A DNA stretch of 64,000 bases. Origin: Azolla caroliniana (taxonomy: Eukaryota; Plantae; Polypodiophyta). Positions 10,888 to 21,810 of this stretch are shown piece after piece. Location: the NCBI GenBank assembly GCA_043228905.1, contig JBHGNT010000013.1:4526001-4590000 (forward strand), given 5' to 3'. A program made the translations under genes and the position numbers. The notes under the pieces are model-generated. The model had not been told where the DNA came from and did not search any database. It was given only the letters and a program-made list of their open reading frames with translations. Position 1 is the stretch's first letter, and every line of letters starts with the position of its first letter.

Positions 10888-13800
10888 TCATTCTTCCTCC
10901 AGAATATCGAGCACACTCTGCTCGATGGTGTCAAGGGGTGCTTCTTCCTCCTGTTCCTTGCCTGCCTGGTCTCCGACCTCCGGTTGGGTGGGCTGTTCCG
11001 TAAAAATTTGCTGCTCCGGCTCTGCTTGATTCTGTGGTGCCGGTGCTTCCTCACCGCTTCGTTCGGGTTCTTCCTGTTCTCCCTCTGTTCCAGGCTCTGT
11101 TCTGTTACCAGTGTCGCTTTCTCCGGTCTCGACTGGTTGGCTCGGTACGCCTTCTTCCTCTGCACTGGTGTCTTCCGGTCTCAGCTCTTCTTCTTCTCCG
11201 GCATCGGTCTGCTCCTGCTCTTCTTCTTCTCCTTCGAACGGAAGTTCTTCTTCGGGTATTCCTCGTCGGGGTTGTTCGGTATCGGTTGGCTCAACTTCAG
11301 CCGGTCGCTCTCCCTCAGTTATAATGATTGGCGTCGTTCTTCCCTTAGCTTCCTGTCGTAACCGGTCTTGCTCGTATCTCTCCAACTCCAACTGAGTTGC
11401 GAGCTGCCCGTCATCCAACCTCTCTACCAACCCTCGGATTTCTTTGAGATGTTCTTCCGCTAAAGCGTAGAAATCCTCCGACAATTCTTCCCGAATGGCG
11501 ACGATACTTTCTTCATCCATCTTGTAGAACTTGTCACCGGTCTTCCTCCGATTCTCGGCATCCGCTCGGAGTGTCTGCAGCTCGGCTGCCTGTTGTGACC
11601 ACTCCTTCCATAGCTTTTCCGTACTTTCGTTGATGCTTGCCTGAGCTCGGGTACTCCATCCTGACATGATGAGCTTGATCAGGTCAACCCCCGCCTTAGC
11701 ATGCGCATAAGCTTCTTGCTTTTCCTTCCTTGCCCGTTTTATAATGTCGGCCATTATCTGAGCCTGGGCCTCGTAATCCGCTTTCTGCTTTTCATAGGTA
11801 CTTTGCAGTTTGCTGATCGTGAAGGTCGATTTTTCCTTTTCTTCATTCCTGATCTTGGTCAGATCCAGCTTTTCCCGCCTTAGCGCCTCTAATTCCTTCC
11901 TTCTCTCTGTCGCTTGGGCTATTTCCGCCGACAATGCTTCCTTGTTGGCACTGACCTCATCTATTGCCTTAGCCAGGTCTAATCGGGTCTCTTTGAGCTG
12001 TTCTTTCAGCTTCTCTATTTGCCGGTCGTAAGTTGCTGCCCGTTTCTTGTTCTCTGACTCGGCCTGCTTGTGATCTCGGTAGAGACGGTCGAAGTCCTTC
12101 GTCTTCTGCTTCAGGCGTCAGTTTGCCTGAGCTCTTAACCGATCATCCCGGTCCTTCTGTTGTCGGAGTTCTTCCTGCAGTCGTTCTATCTCCTGCTCGG
12201 CATGTCGACGCAGTCGGTCCTTCTCCTTTTGCAGCTTCTCTTTTTCTTCTTGCAGTCGGTCATTAGTGGCTCGACCTTTCCGGAGGCCTTCTTCCATTTT
12301 TCGTCTGTCGTCCTCCACCGCTTTCCGCTACTCCCTTTCTCTTTCCCTTAATGCCTCCTCAGCTTTTAACTCCTCTCGTAAGGTTTCTATTATTTTTTCG
12401 GTCTCAGGGCCGGTTTGCAAGGCTACCGGTTCCGGTTCCGGTTGCTTCCTTGTTGTCCCGACCGGCTCGGTGACAACTTGTGCTTGTTGAATTCCTTCCC
12501 TTGCCTGCAACAGCCCCCCTTGCATTTCCTCGATCTGTGTTCGGAGCGCGACCAACTCCTGAGTTGTTGTATGCGTCAGCTGTTGCCTACACGTTTCTTC
12601 TTTCTCTAACTGGTCCGCTACTCCCGATAACTGCTCCGAAAGCCATCTCAACCATTGTGGCTTTGTTCTTCCTGTGTCGGGGTGGCCTTGCTCACTTAAC
12701 TCAGGCTATTTTTCCGGCCTTTTCTCTGGCTCCGGCGCTTGTTCATTCTTCTTCTCTGGGATGACCGGTTCTCTGAAGTCCGGCACAACCGGTGTCGGTG
12801 CTGCTTCCCTCGGTACGGGTTCTGGTACTGCTTCCGCCTCGGCTACTGGAGGTGGTCCTTGCGCCCTCTGCTGAGTTTTGTCAACTGGTGGAGCCGGTCC
12901 TTTCGCCCCTCTCTCCCGACCTTGTCTTGCTGGGAGTCTTACCAGTGGTTCAGATGAGTCCTCTGTTTCAGCTTCCTCCTCCGGTGCGGCTACCAGACGG
13001 ACCTTTTGTATAAAGACCTCTGGTTCCGGTTCCGGCCATCGCAGCGTTATATTGATTGGTTTGTGTGCTACCGGTTCCTCCTCGGCCGATTTCCCTTTGC
13101 CTTTTCCTGCCGGTTTTGCCTTTGTTGCCGGTTCCTGTTGCTGTCAGGATGGTCCTTCCCCCCGCTGTTCTGCTTCTTGCTGGGTCCATCCGGGGATGTG
13201 TTTCTCCAAGATCTATCAGTGCTTTGTGACCTTTTTCGGCGTCGTCTCCTACCGACCTCTTTTCTTTTGTGTGATGGGGAGCACCGGTGGGACTAACACG
13301 GTTAGCCATTGTGCTATCCCGGCCCATGGCTTTTTTCCTTCCACAAGATTCTTGATGGCCTCCTTCAATCCTTCGGTTATGAAATGGAGCCAGTCTACTT
13401 GTAAGCCTTCGTATGCTGCTATTAAGAACGCTGCCCGGTACTTGGCTATGGCCGGGGGACGGGGATTCACGAATCCGTATTCCATCATGGCGCGGGCCAC
13501 TTCTCCGAACAGCAAGTTCTCTCCGCCCTGCGTTCGGTACGCCTTGCTGCTGATAGAGTACTCACCGAAATATTCGAAGAGGATTTCACTTGAAGGGTTT
13601 TCGATTGTTTGAAGTCCTCCTGCTTTTATCCCCGTGAGCGTCTGCACCGCTCCTTCCGTGACTTCTGATAAATCGATCGATGCTGCCGCCTGCTCTGGTT
13701 CTGCATGTGGTGGAGCGTCGGCGATCCGCAACAATCCTTTTAACCCGTTCTCCCTCATCCATTGGCGTGCCTCTTCCGACAGTACCATTGTTTCGAATTC

Positions 13801-14052
13801 TTCTTCTGCTGCCTGTTGTTCGGGATCAGGCTGTGTGTGCTCTGTACGTCGTATCGCTCTTCTGTGCTTCTGCGCCTGTATGTAGGAAAATTCGTAAAAA
13901 GTGAGTCCTTCGCAGGCCTGTGTCTTATATAGTGGCTTTTGCCTCGAGCCGCCCTTTTTCGTTTCCCGCGCATGTTCCTCTCCCGCCATAATTAGTATGT
14001 CCTTTCTTGTTTGCCGCGTGTGAGTGCCCACGTTCCATGCTTTAAATAGCAA
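10888..14052 (-). pseudogene. Gypsy B 3' accessory ORF (N-terminal globular domain + long coiled coil + acidic tail), frameshifted
   Basis: ORF pieces 13249-14052, 12328-12651, 12118-12318 and 10888-11934 lie between INT and the 3' LTR on the sense strand. Homologous pieces occur in A and at 63675-63977. Confidence 0.8.
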
Positions 14053-14261
14053 GTACGCGCACGTCCTTCTTTAATGCATGGCGCCTCTTCGTTGCATGGT
14101 GGCGCTCCCACCTCTTCTGATCTCCCCATCATTACTATGATTCGCGTCGATTTTGCCCACGTCTTTTTTTTTTTTTTTTTTTTTTTTTTTCTGTTTGGAC
14201 CACTTCATTTGCTGGTCCCCCCCGATTTGTTCAGGTCGGTTCGTGTGGATACCGGATCCTT

Positions 14262-17200
14262 CTATCGGTTTTCCGGGATAGTCTTTGTCAGTATCGGTGT
14301 CGGTTCTTCCTCGGTCCAAATATCTTCAGCAACGTCTGTCGGTGTCGGTTCCTCATCTTGCTGGATTTCCGGGTTTTGCTTGAACGGGTTCGCTGGCATA
14401 TTTCCCTTATACGGCTTTAGCCGAAACCCATTTGTCCACTTGCCGATGACATCTCCAGACAACGTGCCGAGCTGATACGACCCATTGTACTCCTTGGTGA
14501 TCCAGAACGGTCCGGTCCACCGAAACCGCAACTTTCCCGGCATGTTCCCCATCCGTGTCTGGTATAGTAGCACCGGTTTCCCGACTTCGAACTCCTTTTC
14601 GTTGCCACGCCGGTGTCGGTCCACGAAAGCTTTTCTCCTCCTTTGCTCCAGTTCGAGTTGTAGTAAGCTGGCTATTCGGTTTTCTTCTAATTCCAACAAC
14701 GTCGCCAGCCGGATTCGTTCAGACTCGATCTCACTTAAGCGCTCCTTCACCTGAATCCGTAAGCTGGGGATCTGGAACTCTACCGGCATGACCGCTTCTA
14801 AACCGAATGCTAGTCGGAACGGGGTTGTCCGGATGCTAGTTTTGTACGTTGTTTGGTACGCCCATAACGCGCTTTGCAATTTCGTATCCCAGTCGGTCCG
14901 GTTCTCGTTGATGATTTTTCGTAGGATGTTCTGCAGAGTTTTGTTCGTTGATTCCGCTAGTCCATTGGCTTGAGGGTAGTAGGGAGTACTCTTTTTATGT
15001 ACCACCGCGTAAAATGACGTCAGGCTTTCTACTACCTGCCCGAGAAAATGTCCTCCTTGGTCACTTATAAGCTCGATCGGGCATCGATACCGGCACCATA
15101 TGCACTCGTACAGGAACTTTGCTGTGGATGCGGCCGTGTTGTCCCGTAAGGCCTTTGCTTCTACCCATTTGGTGCAATAGTCGGTTGCCACTATGACATG
15201 CCGATTTCCGGTTCGCATTGCCGGTGGCTTGAAGGGACCGACAAAGTCCAAACCCCACTTTTGAAACGGTTCCAAAGGCAAGACCGGGTGGTGTGGCATC
15301 CGGGCCTGCTCCGTTGGTTGGCCCAGTCGTTGACACAAATCGCATTCTCTGCTATACTTCACGGCATCTTTTAGGGTGGTGGGCCACCACAGTCCGCTCT
15401 GCCATATTTTCCGAGCGGTTGTGTCGCCGGCATAATGCCCGCCGGCAATTCCACAGTGGGCTTCCCTGAGGATTAAATCCTTCTCATCGCTCCGCACTGC
15501 TCGTCTCCAGATGCCATCTGCCCCCTTCTGATAGAGGGTGTCTCCAACCAAGCAGAAATGTCTCCTTCTTACTGCTACCCTTTTCCTTTCATCGCGGTCC
15601 ATGTTCTCCGGGGGAACTCCGGTGCTCAGGAACTGATGCATCTCAGTTAGCCATGTGTCTTCATCGGCTACCGTTGCATCCGTTGCCGGTTTCGTCGTGA
15701 TCCGGAACAATTCGGCGTCGGGAAACTCATCCTGGACGCCGTCCCCTGCTTCTTCGGATTCGAGTCTGCTTAGGTAGTCCGCTACCGCATGCTGCGCCCC
15801 GGGTCGGTGGAAAATGTCGAATTCAAATTCCTGTAACAGCAGTGTCCATCGTGCAATTTTTCCCGTCAGGGATGCCTTCGAGACCAGGTAGAGTAGTGCC
15901 GAATGGTCGACATGGAAGGAAAACTTCCTTCCGAGCAGATAGTGCCTGTACTTTGCGACACTATACACCATTCCCAATGCCTCGCGTTCCGTCGTAGAGT
16001 AATTCCGTTCGGCTTTTGAGAGTTTCCGGCTTGCGTAGTACACCGATCGGTACCATTTGGCTCCGTGAGTTGCATCAGAACGTTGCCGATTGCTACGTCC
16101 GACGCGTCGACGAAGACGTGAAAGCTTTTACTCCAATCCGGCGGTTGCACCACCGGAGCTTGCGACAGCATAACCTTCAACGCTTGGTAGGCTTCCTCCT
16201 CCGTCTCCGCCCATAGGAAGGGTACCCTATGTACGGCGGTATGTAACGGTGTAGCGAAGTCTGCGAGGTGCCGTATCATCCGGCTATGCCACCTTATTTG
16301 GCCCAGGAACCGGCTTAAAGCCTTTGCGTTATTTTGTGTTGGTGCCTCGAGAATCGCCTTGACTTCATCCGGATCTACCGCGATTCCTTCCTTACTCACC
16401 ACGTGCCCTAGTAAGTTGCCGCTTGCCACTCCAAAGACGCACTTGGCCGGGTTCAGGCGCAATCGGTACTCGCGACACTTCTCCAAGCACAGCCGGAGGT
16501 GATCGAGATGCTCTTCGTGCCGGTTGTAGACTGCGAAATCGTCAAGGAAGACCTGCATAAAACCGGGGATATATTCCCCGAAAATTTCCATTATTATCCT
16601 TTGAAAGGTCTCCGAACATCATCACGACCGCGACGAACACTCCCCATTCCGTCACGAACGCTGTCTTCTCCTGGTCGGCCGGGTTCATTCGTATTTGGTT
16701 GTAGCCGTTAAATCCATCCAGGAAGCTGTAAACTTCGTGGCCGACTACCGCATCTAACACCCCGTCCGTAAATGGTAGTGGAAACGCATCGGTCACTGTT
16801 GCGGTATTTAGTTTTTGGTAGTCCACGCATACCCGGATTTTGCCGTTCTTTTTCGGGACCACCACTATCAGACTTAGCCAGGTTGCCTGCTTGACCGGTC
16901 GGATAAATCCGACCCGATGGAGCTTATCAATTTCCTCCTTCACCTTCGCCGCATAATTCGGATTCATCCGGTACCTGCGTTGAGCGATCGGTTTCGCGTC
17001 CGTACTTAGGTGAATTTGGTGCTGATAGAGCTGGGGGTCCAGCCCTCGCATGTCTTCGTACGACCACGCGAACACATCCTTGAAGTCTGTTAATAATGCT
17101 ACCATTGCCTTCTTTTCTTCCTTCGGCAATTCCTTTGCAACATTTACCGGTCGGGGCTTGTCTGCTGTGCCGAGGTCCACCTCCTCTAGTTGGGATGCTT

Positions 17201-20000
17201 TTACCCTCTGGGATATCGTCATTTCCCTCTCTAGGGATTCCTGCGCTTGTCGCAGTTCTCGGATCGCCGCTTGGTCCGGTTCATCCGGCGTCGTAATGTA
17301 CGGTTCTACAGCCGCCGTGATATCTACCTCAAATAGTGGGACGATTCGTGGGTGTTCCTCGAGGTACCGCTCGACTTCCTCGTCCGGTAATCCCTCCAAC
17401 ATGTTAATGCTTTCCGCATACAATGGAGTTGCTTCCTTACTGGTGATCACCCGTGGTTGCGTCGTTACTCGTACCTTTGTTTTCCCTCGCCGGAATGTGA
17501 TCATGTTCTTTTGCCAGCTCTGCTTGATATGCGTTGTTCGCAGCCATGGTCGTCCTAGCAATAGGGGGTACGCGCCTTGTACATTTAGCTGCAGCACCAC
17601 GGCCGATATCCGGAATACGTGGCCTCCGATCGTTACTTCCAAATCCCGGATAAGCCCGGTCGGTCGGACTGAGCTGGTATCCGCCATGCGTAACCAGAAG
17701 GGGCATGGTTCCCATTCCCGGATGCCCAGGTTGTTGCATGTCTGTCGGCTGATGACATTTACCCCAGAGCCTCCGTCAATAATCGTTCCAGCAATTTCCT
17801 TTCCTTTCACGATTGCCGTGATCGCCGGGCTACTTGTATCGACCACCGCTGGTCCTTCCTCCGGGTTGGAGAAGAATGCCGGTGCTGGCGTCGGCTTTGG
17901 TTTGCTCACGGATGCCTGTAGGTTTGCCGTAAACCGTGGCACCAACTGTAGTAGTCGTGCTAACGGCAGCACGATTTGACAGTCCTGTAGCGCTTGCCAC
18001 GTCGGGTTTTGTCCTGGCTGTATGATTTCTTCGTCTTTTGGCATATTTTGGTCTCTTACTTCTGCCGCATTCTGTTCATTGGCCTCCTTGATCCATTGTG
18101 CCGCTTGTTTTCTGATTGCCTCCTGGGCTTCCCACTCGGCGGTCTTTCCCTTTGACCGGGTTGTGACCTGCTGTACTTCTGTTATTTCGGCTGTAACCAT
18201 GTTGACTTCCGGCTGCTTGTCATTGGTTTTGCTTGGGCATTGGTTACTATAGTGGCCTTCCTTACGGCAGTAATAACAGTACACCTTGTGACTGTTGCTC
18301 GTTTCTCCTTTGTCCCCGGTTTGGAGGGTGGGTATGCTCCGGCGGTCGTCTTTGGTTTTTCGGTTATCCGGTACCGATACCGATACCGGGTTGTCATTCC
18401 TCACTGCCTCCCGACGTTCCTCTCTTCGCAAAAATCCACGCTTCTGATTCCGTCGGAAATTTCGGTTCCCTTGTCGCCTCTCTTCTCTGCGTCGTTCATA
18501 TTCCGGGGATTCGTCTCGGTCGTACCGGTCCCAGGGGTAGCTATCTCTGCGTCTCTCCTCTCGGTCATAGTTATCGCGTCTTCTATCAGGGTATCTGTTA
18601 CCGCGTTCGCGTTGGTAGCGGTCGTCTCTCCGGAATCGATCCTCGTCCGGGTTCTGATTGCGCGGTTCTATGTGTCGAACCGGTGCTGCCTGCCGATTTA
18701 ACAGGTTATATTCGCATCGGTCCGTTGTATGGGCTCGAGAGTTGCAGATCATACATAGTGTCCGCATGGTGCAGTCTACTGTTGAGTGCCCCGAATTTAG
18801 ACATGTTGTGCATTGTAAGGCCTGTCGGAACCTCAGGTCTTCCTCCTTCGGGAGTGCCCGGTGTAACATCCCCATCGACAAGAAGGGGCTAGTCTTGTCC
18901 ATTTCTAAAACCCGATCAATAACTTGGTCCATTGTGCTGGTTTGGAAATCAAGGACTCCGCACATTGTTCGAAGTGGCTCTTTCAGCACGGCCAAAAAGA
19001 CTGCTTTGGCTTCGTCTTCGGGTGGTGCTCTTGTCAGTTGGCTGTGTAGGGTCTGAAACCGAATGATGAATTGTGGCACAGTCTCGTTCTCTTCCTGCCG
19101 GGTGGTGTAGAACTGCCCGACCAATTCCCTTTGCTCAAATTGTCTGTGAAAAAGCCTGAGGAATCTGGCCTTCAAGGCATCAAATGTGGCAAAGCTGCCC
19201 GGTAAGTGCTTTGCGTGCCATCGGGCTGCCGGTCCTTCTAAGGTTATGCCGAATTCGGCGACTTTGGATCGTTCGGCTTCGGGCTCCGTCAGTTTTTGGG
19301 AGACATGGTTGGCTTCCCATGTTTGGAGGAATGCGTACACGTGTGCCTCCGCGTCGGCCTCATCCCGGTACTTTGGGTATGGGTACGGCATCGTGTCGTC
19401 CAACTGACTCTCCTGCTTCCTCCGCTCTCTGTCCGCTGTTGGCGTTGGTGTGAAAACCTTTGCTTCCTCCGCGGTTGTTGCCGGTATCCGCTCCTTCGGT
19501 TCCTCCGCGGGTGTTGTCGGTATCCGCTCCTTCGGTTCCTTCGCGGTTGTTGTCGGTATCCGGTCAGCCTCCCTCGGCGATTGCCGGTCACCGAATTCCA
19601 GGGTTATTTCTTCCTCTGGCTTCGGTGTTACTGAGTCTTCCGACCCCTCTTCCTCCCGGTCGTTTGGTGTGTCGTGGCTGCTTTTATACCGGGACGCATC
19701 GCTTCCATCGCTTTCCGACTCCGTCTCAAGTGTTGCGAATGCTTCCGAGTCCCCGTCGCCCCGGGCGAGCGTCTGTAGTATCGTTTCCGCCTCTTGCAGG
19801 CTTGTTATGCTACTGCCTTCGTCGGGGATTTGCAGAACCCGGAACTGCAGTGCTTCTTCTTCGACTCTCCGAAGAGTTTTGGAGAATGACCGATCCCGCC
19901 GGATCTCGTCGACGGCTTGCTGCAGGGCTTCCCGTCGTTGCTCGCATTCGGTGTATCGTCTCCCTCGTTCGGTGATGTGGTCATCGTTTGGTCTAGACAT
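14262..20000 (-). pseudogene. Gypsy B gag-pol (gag with 3 CCHC knuckles, PR, RT, RNase H, integrase), two frameshifts
   Basis: ORFs 16542-20084 (IIDGGSGVN, FLDGFNGYNQI), 15866-16591 (FLDDF, VDASD) and 14262-16043 (HC..GH, WGLDFVGP, SDQGGHF, NGLAESTN, WTGPF). No chromodomain seen. Confidence 0.93.
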
Positions 20001-20435
20001 CCATCCCCCGGTTGTCCTCTGCACTTTGCAGGAATCGTGGTCGCCAAAATAGTGTTGTCTGCCTGGCCGGACTAGCCTCAACACAGGTGTCTATCTGACA
20101 CTTCTCCAAAGGGGTGGTAAGGATTGGATGCTAGGTTACACGCGTAAGATGATTACAATTAAGCACAGACGGTAAACAATACGAAGATACAGATAAACAC
20201 GCAATAATTACTATTGTATTACTTCCGTCAAACCCTTTACAATTCATCGGATCCTTTTATAGGCATCCGGCAAGGTTACAATCGGTGCGCTTAGGCAACC
20301 GACATCCGAATCGGTCCGGATCCGGATCGGTACAACTGTACCGGATCCGTCCCTCCGAATAATAATTCTACTATTATTTACTTCCTATTATCCGATCCGA
20401 CTCCGCCTTCCCACTTGTCCTTGCTCTTCTGACCG

Positions 20436-20869
20436 TGTGGGATGTTGCCAAGGTATGATATTCCTCTGTTAAGTCTTCACGGAGGGTCTAGATGCTGGTG
20501 TCATCCATCTTGTAAAACCCTCGGGCCTCCTTCCATCGGTTCTTGGCATCCGCGCGTAGTATGTGTAGGTCGGCGGCTTGGACTGACCACTCCTGCCAGA
20601 TGTGGTCAAGCGTTTCTTTGATCTTCTGGTGAATTGCTGGCGATACTTGTTGATTAGGATCTTGATTTTAGTAGCGTCCATGCTGATGCTCGCGCGGTGA
20701 ACTTCCAGTGCCTCCCTTGCGGCCTTGGCTTCTGCTTGGCTTTTACGGACGAAGAGTGCTAAAGTAGCTTGATTATCTTTTGCTTTTTCAGTAATGAGCC
20801 CGATGGTCTGCTCATAACGGTTGGTGAGTTGCGCTACAGTTTTGTCCATTTCCTGTCGCCAAGCGTCCC
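20436..20869. repeat. ~435-bp direct duplication of 4399-4833 flanking element B
   Basis: Near-identical sequence (about 8 differences) on both sides of B. Confidence 0.93.
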
Positions 20870-21284
20870 GATGCTGTTCTCGGGCGGCGAGGTGCTCCGT
20901 TTGCAACTGGTGATACGCATCAAACATTTTTGCTCTTTGCTCCTTCGAGATCCTCCACTTTTGCATATGTTCGTTGGCCATGTCCTGTAAGGCTCTTTGA
21001 TGACGTCGTAATTCCTGGTTATCCGCGAAGAGCTCCTGTTCCCGTTGGCTATTCCGCTCGGTTTCTTTGATGAAACATTCTTTGGCCTTAGTGATAGAGA
21101 CCTGGAGGGTCATCACCTCTCGTTCCCGTGCTTCAAGCGTGGCCAACCTTTCAGCAAGCAGTCGCTTGAGGTTCGCTTTGTGGTTCGCAACTTGTTCCCG
21201 TAGGTAGCCAAGAATGTTGTTGTGGTTCTGTTCTGCCAACTCGACCAGAGCGATCTGGGCTTGAAGCTCCTCCCGGTAGTCTCG
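20436..21284 (-). pseudogene. Gypsy A accessory ORF, middle coiled-coil part
   Basis: ORF 20469-21239 is E/Q/R/K-rich and helical-looking. It continues 39616-41254 across D and 3962-4833 across B. Confidence 0.8.
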
Positions 21285-21810
21285 AAGGGTGTTAAGGAAA
21301 CGTTAAGAAGGCACTTGGGCTCTTCTTATGTGTGCGGCGGATTGTGTTGTGCTGGATCGTTTGGTGCTCAAACACAGAAGGGAAGGGGGAAGGAGACTTA
21401 CCTCTGTAGCAGCCAAAACTTCTTCTACTTCATTACACGTAGAGCTCTACTTGCTCTCGTCTGTTTCTCTCTTCTACTCTCACTCTCTGAGTTCTACCTC
21501 TCTATCTTCACTCTCTCTCTCTCTCAGAGTTCTACTTCCTGTGTTTCTTACTTACCTACTCCCTACTTTTTACCTAAGTAATAAGTTACTTACGTATGCA
21601 GCTAATTAGTTGCCTGTAGCTAAATAGCTGTTAGTAGCTAATTAGCTGTCAGTCGCTAAATAGTTGTTATTAGCTAATTAGCTGTCAATAGCTAATTAGT
21701 TGTTTCTTCTTTATGTTCACAAGTAGCTAAATAGCTACTATAGCTTATTTCCCAATAAGCATCACATACCATGTTGAGCTTGCTTCTCAACACTCCCCCT
21801 CAAGCTCAAC

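Larger units (their letters stand above)
4834..20435 (-). mobile_element. Ty3/Gypsy LTR retrotransposon B, inserted in the accessory ORF of A
   Basis: 3' LTR 4834-5189 + 10804-10837 (split by C) and 5' LTR 20053-20435 (lacks the last 7 bp GCCAACA). About 7 LTR mismatches. PBS TGGCGACCAC at 20037-20046 (-). Confidence 0.93.

Noticed and set aside
10888-14052. Envelope gene interpretation
   Set aside because: No signal peptide or transmembrane segment is evident; the sequence is hydrophilic coiled coil.
14163-14190. Poly-T tract as a LINE/SINE tail
   Set aside because: No TSD or retroposon body was found; more likely a homopolymer in the pol-accessory ORF spacer.
17050-20052. Long + strand ORFs opposite Gypsy gag-pol (also 45687-46379)
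   Set aside because: These are antisense shadows of GC-rich coding sequence with no recognisable motifs.
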